A stretch of 64,000 bases of DNA, taken from NCBI GenBank assembly GCA_040285825.1, contig JAUPSS010000014.1, positions 562 to 64,561 on the forward strand, in the 5' to 3' direction. Of the stretch, positions 24,354 through 39,300 are shown in pieces; the stretch's first letter is position 1, and every line of letters begins with the position of its first letter. Both the position numbers and the translations under genes were made by a program. The notes under the pieces were generated by a model. The model was given only the letters and a program-made list of their open reading frames with translations. It did not search any database and was not told where the DNA came from. This stretch comes from Eukaryota sp. TZLM1-RC (Eukaryota > Protista > Metamonada: BaSk clade).

Positions 24354-27300
24354 TACAAATGTTTACATGTGTAAAAAAACTCATTTCACACTCACAGTGA
24401 TTCAAATATATAGCAGAAGATCACTATGAGAAATCGTAATCATGCAGTTGCTGTACTGATCAAGTAACACATAGCCAACATTACTCACACACAATTTCAC
24501 ACAAAGTTTGATCACAAGTTGGTCACATCTAGTACATAAGGACTACATACAACTCACCTAATCATACCAATGACCATTCAACCAATCATACCAATGACTA
24601 CTCAAATGACCATAGCACAGACTTTAACACCACAATTGTTATATTAATTGTCCCAAAATGGACTTTAAAGATTTGACCAATGATTGTAATAAACAACCAT
24701 TGGTCAATATACGAAACTAGGAACTTCATATGAGCCTCAGTAAATCGTATCAAAAACGATACTCTTACACTTACAGCAATTGTTTTATTAGTTTACAACA
24801 TTCAATTGTATACTTTTTTTCATTTTTTTTTATTTTTTTACAATTTAATGTTTAAAAATTAATAAACTCAATTAATTCAAATATATACAAAATCAATTGA
24901 AAATGTAATCATGAGTTTGTACTGATCAAGTAACACATAGCCAACATTACTCACACACAATTTCACACAAAGTTTGATCACAAGTTGGTCACATCTAGTA
25001 CATAAGGACTACATACAACTCACCTAATCATACCAATGACCATTCAACCAATCATACCAATGACTACTCAAATGACCATAGCACAGACTTTAACACCACA
25101 ATTGTTATATTAATTGTCCCAAAATGGACTTTAAAGATTTGACCAATGATTGTAATAAACAACCATTGGTCAATATACGAAACTAGGAACTTCATATGAG
25201 CCTCAGTAAATCGTATCAAAAACGATACTCTTACACTTACAGCAATTGTTTTATTAGTTTACAACATTCAATTGTATACTTTTTCATTTTTTATTTTTTT
25301 TACAATTTAATGTTTAAAAATTAATAAACTCAATTAATTCAAATATATACAAAATCAATTGAAAATGTAATCATGAGTTTGTACTGATCAAGTAACACAT
25401 AGCCAACATTACTCACACACAATTTCACACAAAGTTTGATCACAAGTTGGTCACATCTAGTACATAAGGACTACATACAACTCACCTAATCATACCAATG
25501 ACCATTCAACCAATCATACCAATGACTACTCAAATGACCATAGCACAGACTTTAACACCACAATTGTTATATTAATTGTCCCAAAATGGACTTTAAAGAT
25601 TTGACCAATGATTGTAATAAACAACCATTGGTCAATATACGAAACTAGGAACTTCATATGAGCCTCAGTAAATCGTATCAAAAACGATACTCTTACACTT
25701 ACAGCAATTGTTTTATTAGTTTACAACATTCAATTGTATACTTTTTCATTTTTTTATTTTTTTTACAATTTAATGTTTAAAAATTAATAAACTCAATTAA
25801 TTCAAATATATACAAAATCAATTGAAAATGTAATCATGAGTTTGTACTGATCAAGTAACACATAGCCAACATTACTCACACACAATTTCACACAAAGTTT
25901 GATCACAAGTTGGTCACATCTAGTACATAAGGACTACATGCAACTCACCTAATCATACCAATGACCATTCAACCAATCATACCAATGACTACTCAAATGA
26001 CCATAGCACAGACTTTAACACCACAATTGTTATATTAATTGTCCCAAAATGGACTTTAAAGATTTGACCAATGATTGTAATAAACAACCATTGGTCAATA
26101 TACGAAACTAGGAACTTCATATGAGCCTCAGTAAATCGTATCAAAACGATACTCTTACACTTACAGCAATTGTTTTATTAGTTTACAACATTCAATTGTA
26201 TACTTTTTCATTTTTTTATTTTTTTTACAATTTAATGTTTAAAAATTAATAAACTCAATTAATTCAAATATATACAAAATCAATTGAAAATGTAATCATG
26301 AGTTTGTACTGATCAAGTAACACATAGCCAACATTACTCACACACAATTTCACACAAAGTTTGATCACAAGTTGGTCACATCTAGTACATAAGGACTACA
26401 TACAACTCACCTAATCATACCAATGACCATTCAACCAATCATACCAATGACTACTCAAATGACCATAGCACAGACTTTAACACCACAATTGTTATATTAA
26501 TTGTCCCAAAATGGACTTTAAGATTTGACCAATGATTGTAATAAACAACCATTGGTCAATATACGAAACTAGGAACTTCATATGAGCCTCAGTAAATCGT
26601 ATCAAAAACGATACTCTTACACTTACAGCAATTGTTTTATTAGTTTACAACATTCAATTGTATACTTTTTTTCATTTTTTTATTTTTTTACAATTTAATG
26701 TTTAAAAATTAATAAACTCAATTAATTCAAATATATACAAAATCAATTGAAAATGTAATCATGAGTTTGTACTGATCAAGTAACACATAGCCAACATTAC
26801 TCACACACAATTTCACACAAAGTTTGATCACAAGTTGGTCACATCTAGTACATAAGGACTACATACAACTCACCTAATCATACCAATGACCATTCAACCA
26901 ATCATACCAATGACTACTCAAATGACCATAGCACAGACTTTAACACCACAATTGTTATATTAATTGTCCCAAAATGGACTTTAAAGATTTGACCAATGAT
27001 TGTAATAAACAACCATTGGTCAATATACGAAACTAGGAACTTCATATGAGCCTCAGTAAATCGTATCAAAAACGATACTCTTACACTTACAGCAATTGTT
27101 TTATTAGTTTACAACATTCAATTGTATACTTTTTTTCATTTTTTTATTTTTTTACAATTTAATGTTTAAAAATTAATAAACTCAATTAATTCAAATATAT
27201 ACAAAATCAATTGAAAATGTAATCATGAGTTTGTACTGATCAAGTAACACATAGCCAACATTACTCACACACAATTTCACACAAAGTTTGATCACAAGTT

Positions 27301-30300
27301 GGTCACATCTAGTACATAAGGACTACATGCAACTCACCTAATCATACCAATGACCATTCAACCAATCATACCAATGACTACTCAAATGACCATAGCACAG
27401 ACTTTAACACCACAATTGTTATATTAATTGTCCCAAAATGGACTTTAAAGATTTGACCAATGATTGTAATAAACAACCATTGGTCAATATACGAAACTAG
27501 GAACTTCATATGAGCCTCAGTAAATCGTATCAAAAACGATACTCTTACACTTACAGCAATTGTTTTATTAGTTTACAACATTCAATTGTATACTTTTTTT
27601 CATTTTTTTATTTTTTTTACAATTTAATGTTTAAAAATTAATAAACTCAATTAATTCAAATATATACAAAATCAATTGAAAATGTAATCATGAGTTTGTA
27701 CTGATCAAGTAACACATAGCCAACATTACTCACACACAATTTCACACAAAGTTTGATCACAAGTTGGTCACATCTAGTACATAAGGACTACATGCAACTC
27801 ACCTAATCATACCAATGACCATTCAACCAATCATACCAATGACTACTCAAATGACCATAGCACAGACTTTAACACCACAATTGTTATATTAATTGTCCCA
27901 AAATGGACTTTAAGATTTGACCAATGATTGTAATAAACAACCATTGGTCAATATACGAAACTAGGAACTTCATATGAGCCTCAGTAAATCGTATCAAAAC
28001 GATACTCTTACACTTACAGCAATTGTTTTATTAGTTTACAACATTCAATTGTATACTTTTTCATTTTTTTATTTTTTTTACAATTTAATGTTTAAAAATT
28101 AATAAACTCAATTAATTCAAATATATACAAAATCAATTGAAAATGTAATCATGAGTTTGTACTGATCAAGTAACACATAGCCAACATTACTCACACACAA
28201 TTTCACACAAAGTTTGATCACAAGTTGGTCACATCTAGTACATAAGGACTACATACAACTCACCTAATCATACCAATGACCATTCAACCAATCATACCAA
28301 TGACTACTCAAATGACCATAGCACAGACTTTAACACCACAATTGTTATATTAATTGTCCCAAAATGGACTTTAAGATTTGACCAATGATTGTAATAAACA
28401 ACCATTGGTCAATATACGAAACTAGGAACTTCATATGAGCCTCAGTAAATCGTATCAAAACGATACTCTTACACTTACAGCAATTGTTTTATTAGTTTAC
28501 AACATTCAATTGTATACTTTTTTTCATTTTTTTATTTTTTTTACAATTTAATGTTTAAAAATTAATAAACTCAATTAATTCAAATATATACAAAATCAAT
28601 TGAAAATGTAATCATGAGTTTGTACTGATCAAGTAACACATAGCCAACATTACTCACACACAATTTCACACAAAGTTTGATCACAAGTTGGTCACATCTA
28701 GTACATAAGGACTACATGCAACTCACCTAATCATACCAATGACCATTCAACCAATCATACCAATGACTACTCAAATGACCATAGCACAGACTTTAACACC
28801 ACAATTGTTATATTAATTGTCCCAAAATGGACTTTAAAGATTTGACCAATGATTGTAATAAACAACCATTGGTCAATATACGAAACTAGGAACTTCATAT
28901 GAGCCTCAGTAAATCGTATCAAAAACGATACTCTTACACTTACAGCAATTGTTTTATTAGTTTACAACATTCAATTGTATACTTTTTTTCATTTTTTTAT
29001 TTTTTTTACAATTTAATGTTTTAAAAATTAATAAACTCAATTAATTCAAATATATACAAAATCAATTGAAAATGTAATCATGAGTTTGTACTGATCAAGT
29101 AACACATAGCCAACATTACTCACACACAATTTCACACAAAGTTTGATCACAAGTTGGTCACATCTAGTACATAAAGGACTACATACAACTCACCTAATCA
29201 TACCAATGACCATTCAACCAATCATACCAATGACTACTCAAATGACCATAGCACAGACTTTAACACCACAATTGTTATATTAATTGTCCCAAAATGGACT
29301 TTAAAGATTTGACCAATGATTGTAATAAACAACCATTGGTCAATATACGAAACTAGGAACTTCATATGAGCCTCAGTAAATCGTATCAAAAAAACGATAC
29401 TCTTACACTTACAGCAATTGTTTTTATTAGTTTACAACATTCAATTGTATACTTTTTCATTTTTTTATTTTTTTTACAATTTAATGTTTAAAAATTAATA
29501 AACTCAATTAATTCAAATATATACAAAATCAATTGAAAATGTAATCATGAGTTTGTACTGATCAAGTAACACATAGCCAACATTACTCACACACAATTTC
29601 ACACAAAGTTTGATCACAAGTTGGTCACATCTAGTACATAAGGACTACATGCAACTCACCTAATCATACCAATGACCATTCAACCAATCATACCAATGAC
29701 TACTCAAATGACCATAGCACAGACTTTAACACCACAATTGTTATATTAATTGTCCCAAAATGGACTTTAAAGATTTGACCAATGATTGTAATAAACAACC
29801 ATTGGTCAATATACGAAACTAGGAACTTCATATGAGCCTCAGTAAATCGTATCAAAAAAACGATACTCTTACACTTACAGCAATTGTTTTTATTAGTTTA
29901 CAACATTCAATTGTATACTTTTTTTCATTTTTTTATTTTTTTTACAATTTAATGTTTAAAAAAATTAATAAACTCAATTAATTCAAATATATACAAAATC
30001 AATTGAAAATGTAATCATGAGTTTGTACTGATCAAGTAACACATAGCCAACATTACTCACACACAATTTCACACAAAGTTTGATCACAAGTTGGTCACAT
30101 CTAGTACATAAGGACTACATACAACTCACCTAATCATACCAATGACCATTCAACCAATCATACCAATGACTACTCAAATGACCATAGCACGGACTTTAAC
30201 ACCACAATTGTTATATTAATTGTCCCAAAATGGACTTTTAAAGATTTGACCAATGATTGTAATAAACAACCATTGGTCAATATACGAAAACTAGGAACTT

Positions 30301-33300
30301 CATATGAGCCTCAGTAAATCGTATCAAAAAAACGATACTCTTACACTTACAGCAATTGTTTTTATTAGTTTACAACATTCAATTGTATACTTTTTTTCAT
30401 TTTTTTATTTTTTTACAATTTAATGTTTAAAAAAATTAATAAACTCAATTAATTCAAATATATACAAAATCAATTGAAAATGTAATCATGAGTTTGTACT
30501 GATCAAGTAACACATAGCCAACATTACTCACACACAATTTCACACAAAGTTTGATCACAAGTTGGTCACATCTAGTACATAAGGACTACATACAACTCAC
30601 CTAATCATACCAATGACCATTCAACCAATCATACCAATGACTACTCAAATGACCATAGCACAGACCTTTAACACCACAATTGTTATATTAATTGTCCCAA
30701 AATGGACTTTAAAGATTTGACCAATGATTGTAATAAACAACCATTGGTCAATATACGAAACTAGGAACTTCATATGAGCCTCAGTAAATCGTATCAAAAA
30801 CGATACTCTTACACTTACAGCAATTGTTTTTATTAGTTTACAACATTCAATTGTATACTTTTTTTCATTTTTTTATTTTTTTTACAATTTAATGTTTTAA
30901 AAAAATTAATAAACTCAATTAATTCAAATATATACAAAATCATTTGAAAATGTAATCATGAGTTTGTACTGATCAAGTAACACATAGCCAACATTACTCA
31001 CACACAATTTCACACAAAGTTTGATCACAAGTTGATCACATCTAGTACATAAAGGACTACATGCAACTCATCTAATCATACCAATGACCATTCAACCAAT
31101 CATACCAATGACTACTCAAATGACCATAGCACGGACTTTAACACCACAATTGTTATATTAATTGTCCCAAAATGGACTTTAAAGATTTGACCAATGATTG
31201 TAATAAACAACCATTGGTCAATATACGAAAACTAGGAACTTCATATGAGCCTCAGTAAATCGTATCAAAAACGATACTCTTACACTTACAGCAATTGTTT
31301 TTATTAGTTTTACAACATTCAATTGTATACTTTTTTCATTTTTTTATTTTTTTACAATTTAATGTTTAAAAATTAATACACTCAATTAATTCAAATATAT
31401 ACAAAATCATTTGAAAATGTAATCATGAGTTTGTACTGATCAAGTAACACATAGCCAACATTACTAACACACAATTTCACACAAAGTTTGATCACAAGTT
31501 GATCACATCTAGTACATAAGGACTACATGCAACTCATCTAATCATACCAATGACCATTCAACCAATCATACCAATGACTACTCAAATGACCATAGCACGG
31601 ACTTTAACACCACAATTGTTATATTAATTGTCCCAAAATGGACTTTAAAGATTTGACCAATGATTGTAATAAACAACCATTGGTCAATATACGAAAACTA
31701 GGAACTTCATATGAGCCTCAGTAAATCGTATCAAAAACGATACTCTTACACTTACAGCAATTGTTTTATTAGTTTACAACATTCAATTGTATACTTTTTG
31801 ATTTTTTTACTTTTTTTACAATTTAATGTTTAAAAAAATTAATACACTCAATTAATTCAAATATATACAAAAATCATTTGAAAATGTAATCATGAGTTTG
31901 TACTGATCAAGTAACACATAGCCAACATTACTCACACACAATTTCACACAAAGTTTGATCACAAGTTGATCACATCTAGTACATAAAGGACTACATGCAA
32001 CTCATCTAATCATACCAATGACCATTCAACCAATCATACCAATGACTACTCAAATGACCATAGCACGGACTTTAACACCACAATTGTTATATTAATTGTC
32101 CCAAAATGGACTTTAAAGATTTGACCAATGATTGTAATAAACAACCATTGGTCAATATACGAAACTAGGAACTTCATATGAGCCTCAGTAAATCGTATCA
32201 AAAAAACGATACTCTTACACTTACAGCAATTGTTTTATTAGTTTACAACATTCAATTGTATACTTTTTTTCATTTTTTTATTTTTTTACAATTTAATGTT
32301 TAAAAAAATTAATACACTCAATTAATTCAAATATATACAAAATCAATTCTTCGAAAAATGTAATCATGAGTTTGTACTGATCAAGTAACACATAGCCAAC
32401 ATTACTCACACACAATTTCACACAAAGTTTGATCACAAGTTGATCACATCTAGTACATAAAGGACTACATGCAACTCACCTAATCATACCAATGACCATT
32501 CAACCAATCATACCAATGACTACTCAAATGACCATAGCACGGACTTTAACACCACAATTGTTATATTAATTGTCCCAAAATGGACTTTAAAGATTTGACC
32601 AATGATTGTAATAAACAACCATTGGTCAATATACGAAACTAGGAACTTCATATGAGCCTCAGTAAATCGTATCAAAAACGATACTCTTACACTTACAGCA
32701 ATTGTTTTTATTAGTTTTACAACATTCAATTGTATACTTTTTTTGATTTTTTTACTTTTTTTACAATTTAATGTTTAAAAAAATTAATAAACTCAATTAA
32801 TTCAAATATATACAAAATCATTTGAAAATGTAATCATGAGTTTGTACTGATCAAGTAACACATAGCCAACATTACTCACACACAATTTCACACAAAGTTT
32901 GATCACAAGTTGATCACATCTAGTACATAAAGGACTACATGCAACTCATCTAATCATACCAATGACCATTCAACCAATCATACCAATGACTACTCAAATG
33001 ACCATAGCACGGACTTTAACACCACAATTGTTATATTAATTGTCCCAAAATGGACTTTAAAGATTTGACCAATGATTGTAATAAACAACCATTGGTCAAT
33101 ATACGAAACTAGGAACTTCATATGAGCCTCAGTAAATCGTATCAAAAACGATACTCTTACACTTACAGCAATTGTTTTATTAGTTTACAACATTCAATTG
33201 TATACTTTTTTTGATTTTTTTACTTTTTTTACAATTTAATGTTTAAAAAAATTCAATAAACTCAATTAATTCAAATATATACAAAATCATTTGAAAATGT

Positions 33301-36300
33301 AATCATGAGTTTGTACTGATCAAGTAACACATAGCCAACATTACTCACACACAATTTCACACAAAGTTTGATCACAAGTTGATCACATCTAGTACATAAA
33401 GGACTACATGCAACTCATCTAATCATACCAATGACCATTCAACCAATCATACCAATGACTACTCAAATGACCATAGCACGGACTTTAACACCACAATTGT
33501 TATATTAATTGTCCCAAAATGGACTTTAAAGATTTGACCAATGATTGTAATAAACAACCATTGGTCAATATACGAAACTAGGAACTTCATATGAGCCTCA
33601 GTAAATCGTATCAAAAAAACGATACTCTTACACTTACAGCAATTGTTTTATTAGTTTACAACATTCAATTGTATACTTTTTGATTTTTTTACTTTTTTTA
33701 CAATTTAATGTTTAAAAAAATTAATACACTCAATTAATTCAAATATATACAAAATCATTTGAAAAATGTAATCATGAGTTTGTACTGATCAAGTAACACA
33801 TAGCCAACATTACTCACACACAATTTCACACAAAGTTTGATCACAAGTTGATCACATCTAGTACATAAAGACTACATGCAACTCATCTAATCATACCAAT
33901 GACCATTCAACCAATCATACCAATGACTACTCAAATGACCATAGCACGGACTTTAACACCACAATTGTTATATTAATTGTCCCAAAATGGACTTTAAAGA
34001 TTTGACCAATGATTGTAATAAACAACCATTGGTCAATATACGAAAACTAGGAACTTCATATGAGCCTCAGTAAATCGTATCAAAAACGATACTCTTACAC
34101 TTACAGCAATTGTTTTTATTAGTTTACAACATTCAATTGTATACTTTTTGATTTTTTTACTTTTTTTACAATTTAATGTTTAAAAAAATTAATACACTCA
34201 ATTAATTCAAATATATACAAAATCATTTGAAAATGTAATCATGAGTTTGTACTGATCAAGTAACACATAGCCAACATTACTCACACACAATTTCACACAA
34301 AGTTTGATCACAAGTTGATCACATCTAGTACATAAAGGACTACATGCAACTCATCTAATCATACCAATGACCATTCAACCAATCATACCAATGACTACTC
34401 AAATGACCATAGCACGGACTTTAACACCACAATTGTTATATTAATTGTCCCAAAATGGACTTTAAAGATTTGACCAATGATTGTAATAAACAACCATTGG
34501 TCAATATACGAAACTAGGAACTTCATATGAGCCTCAGTAAATCGTATCAAAAACGATACTCTTACACTTACAGCAATTGTTTTATTAGTTTACAACATTC
34601 AATTGTATACTTTTTTGATTTTTTTACTTTTTTACAATTTAATGTTTAAAAATTAATACACTCAATTAATTCAAATATATACAAAAATCATTTGAAAATG
34701 TAATCATGAGTTTGTACTGATCAAGTAACACATAGCCAACATTACTCACACACAATTTCACACAAAGTTTGATCACAAGTTGATCACATCTAGTACATAA
34801 AGACTACATGCAACTCATCTAATCATACCAATGACCATTCAACCAATCATACCAATGACTAATCAAATGACCATAGCACGGACTTTAACACCACAATTGT
34901 TATATTAATTGTCCCAAAATGGACTTTTAAAAGATTTGACCAATGATTGTAATAAACAACCATTGGTCAATATACGAAACTAGGAACTTCATATGAGCCT
35001 CAGTAAATCGTATCAAAAACGATACTCTTACACTTACAGCAATTGTTTTATTAGTTTTACAACATTCAATTGTATACTTTTTGATTTTTTTACTTTTTTA
35101 CAATTTAATGTTTAAAAAAATTAATACACTCAATTAATTCAAATATATACAAAAATCATTTGAAAATGTAATCATGAGTTTGTACTGATCAAGTAACACA
35201 TAGCCAACATTACTAACACACAATTTCACACAAAGTTTGATCACAAGTTGATCACATCTAGTACATAAAGACTACATGCAACTCATCTAATCATACCAAT
35301 GACCATTCAACCAATCATACCAATGACTAATCAAATGACCATAGCACGGACTTTAACACCACAATTGTTATATTAATTGTCCCAAAATGGACTTTAAAGA
35401 TTTGACCAATGATTGTAATAAACAACCATTGGTCAATATACGAAACTAGGAACTTCATATGAGCCTCAGTAAATCGTATCAAAAACGATACTCTTACACT
35501 TACAGCAATTGTTTTATTAGTTTTACAACATTCAATTGTATACTTTTTTTGATTTTTTACTTTTTTACAATTTAATGTTTAAAAAAATTAATACACTCAA
35601 TTAATTCAAATATATACAAAATCATTTGAAAATGTAATCATGAGTTTGTACTGATCAAGTAACACATAGCCAACATTACTCACACACAATTTCACACAAA
35701 GTTTGATCACAAGTTGATCACATCTAGTACATAAAGACTACATGCAACTCATCTAATCATACCAATGACCATTCAACCAATCATACCAATGACTAATCAA
35801 ATGACCATAGCACGGACTTTAACACCACAATTGTTATATTAATTGTCCCAAAATGGACTTTTAAAGATTTGACCAATGATTGTAATAAACAACCATTGGT
35901 CAATATACGAAAACTAGGAACTTCATATGAGCCTCAGTAAATCGTATCAAAAACGATACTCTTACACTTACAGCAATTGTTTTTATTAGTTTACAACATT
36001 CAATTGTATACTTTTTTTGATTTTTTTACTTTTTTTACAATTTAATGTTTTAAAAAAATTAATACACTCAATTAATTCAAATATATACAAAATCATTTGA
36101 AAATGTAATCATGAGTTTGTACTGATCAAGTAACACATAGCCAACATTACTCACACACAATTTCACACAAAGTTTGATCACAAGTTGATCACATCTAGTA
36201 CATAAAGACTACATGCAACTCATCTAATCATACCAATGACCATTCAACCAATCATACCAATGACCAATCAAATGACCATAGCACGGACTTTAACACCACA

Positions 36301-39300
36301 ATTGTTATATTAATTGTCCCAAAATGGACTTTAAAGATTTGACCAATGATTGTAATAAACAACCATTGGTCAATATACGAAAACTAGGAACTTCATATGA
36401 GCCTCAGTAAATCGTATCAAAAAAACGATACTCTTACACTTACAGCAATTGTTTTATTAGTTTACAACATTCAATTGTATACTTTTTTGATTTTTTTACT
36501 TTTTTTACAATTTAATGTTTAAAAATTAATACACTCAATTAATTCAAATATATACAAAATCATTTGAAAATGTAATCATGAGTTTGTACTGATCAAGTAA
36601 CACATAGCCAACATTACTAACACACAATTTCACACAAAGTTTGATCACAAGTTGATCACATCTAGTACATAAAGACTACATGCAACTCATCTAATCATAC
36701 CAATGACCATTCAACCAATCATACCAATGACTAATCAAATGACCATAGCACGGACTTTAACACCACAATTGTTATATTAATTGTCCCAAAATGGACTTTA
36801 AGATTTGACCAATGATTGTAATAAACAACCATTGGTCAATATACGAAACTAGGAACTTCATATGAGCCTCAGTAAATCGTATCAAAAACGATACTCTTAC
36901 ACTTACAGCAATTGTTTTTATTAGTTTACAACATTCAATTGTATACTTTTTTTGATTTTTTTACTTTTTTTACAATTTAATGTTTAAAAATTAATACACT
37001 CAATTAATTCAAATATATACAAAATCATTTGAAAATGTAATCATGAGTTTGTACTGATCAAGTAACACATAGCCAACATTACTAACACACAATTTCACAC
37101 AAAGTTTGATCACAAGTTGATCACATCTAGTACATAAAGACTACATGCAACTCATCTAATCATACCAATGACCATTCAACCAATCATACCAATGACTAAT
37201 CAAATGACCATAGCACGGACTTTAACACCACAATTGTTATATTAATTGTCCCAAAATGGACTTTAAAGATTTGACCAATGATTGTAATAAACAACCATTG
37301 GTCAATATACGAAACTAGAACTTCATATGAGCTCTCAGTAAATCGTATCAAAAACGATACTCTTACACTTACAGCAATTGTTTTATTAGTTTACAACATT
37401 CAATTGTATACTTTTTGATTTTTTACTTTTTTACAATTTAATGTTTAAAAAAATTAATACACTCAATTAATTCAAATATATACAAAATCATTTGAAAATG
37501 TAATCATGAGTTTGTACTGATCAAGTAACACATAGCCAACATTACTAACACACAATTTCACACAAAGTTTGATCACAAGTTGATCACATCTAGTACATAA
37601 AGACTACATGCAACTCATCTAATCATACCAATGACCATTCAACCAATCATACCAATGACTAATCAAATGACCATAGCACGGACTTTAACACCACAATTGT
37701 TATATTAATTGTCCCAAAATGGACTTTAAAGATTTGACCAATGATTGTAATAAACAACCATTGGTCAATATACGAAACTAGGAACTTCATATGAGCCTCA
37801 GTAAATCGTATCAAAAACGATACTCTTACACTTACAGCAATTGTTTTATTAGTTTACAACATTCAATTGTATACTTTTTGATTTTTTTACTTTTTTTACA
37901 ATTTAATGTTTAAAAATTAATACACTCAATTAATTCAAATATATACAAAATCATTTGAAAATGTAATCATGAGTTTGTACTGATCAAGTAACACATAGCC
38001 AACATTACTAACACACAATTTCACACAAAGTTTGATCACAAGTTGATCACATCTAGTACATAAAGACTACATGCAACTCATCTAATCATACCAATGACCA
38101 TTCAACCAATCATACCAATGACTAATCAAATGACCATAGCACGGACTTTAACACCACAATTGTTATATTAATTGTCCCAAAATGGACTTTAAAGATTTGA
38201 CCAATGATTGTAATAAACAACCATTGGTCAATATACGAAACTAGGAACTTCATATGAGCCTCAGTAAATCGTATCAAAACGATACTCTTACACTTACAGC
38301 AATTGTTTTATTAGTTTACAACATTCAATTGTATACTTTTTGATTTTTTTACTTTTTTTACAATTTAATGTTTAAAAATTAATACACTCAATTAATTCAA
38401 ATATATACAAAATCATTTGAAAATGTAATCATGAGTTTGTACTGATCAAGTAACACATAGCCAACATTACTAACACACAATTTCACACAAAGTTTGATCA
38501 CAAGTTGATCACATCTAGTACATAAAGACTACATGCAACTCATCTAATCATACCAATGACCATTCAACCAATCATACCAATGACTAATCAAATGACCATA
38601 GCACGGACTTTAACACCACAATTGTTATATTAATTGTCCCAAAATGGACTTTAGATTTGACCAATGATTGTAATAAACAACCATTGGTCAATATACGAAA
38701 CTAGGAACTTCATATGAGCCTCAGTAAATCGTATCAAAAACGATACTCTTACACTTACAGCAATTGTTTTATTAGTTTACAACATTCAATTGTATACTTT
38801 TTGATTTTTTACTTTTTTTACAATTTAATGTTTAAAAATTAATACACTCAATTAATTCAAATATATACAAAAATCATTTGAAAATGTAATCATGAGTTTG
38901 TACTGATCAAGTAACACATAGCCAACATTACTAACACACAATTTCACACAAAGTTTGATCACAAGTTGATCACATCTAGTACATAAAGACTACATGCAAC
39001 TCATCTAATCATACCAATGACCATTCAACCAATCATACCAATGACTAATCAAATGACCATAGCACGGACTTTAACACCACAATTGTTATATTAATTGTCC
39101 CAAAATGGACTTTAGATTTGACCAATGATTGTAATAAACAACCATTGGTCAATATACGAAACTAGGAACTTCATATGAGCCTCAGTAAATCGTATCAAAA
39201 CGATACTCTTACACTTACAGCAATTGTTTTATTAGTTTACAACATTCAATTGTATACTTTTTGATTTTTTTACTTTTTTTACAATTTAATGTTTAAAAAT

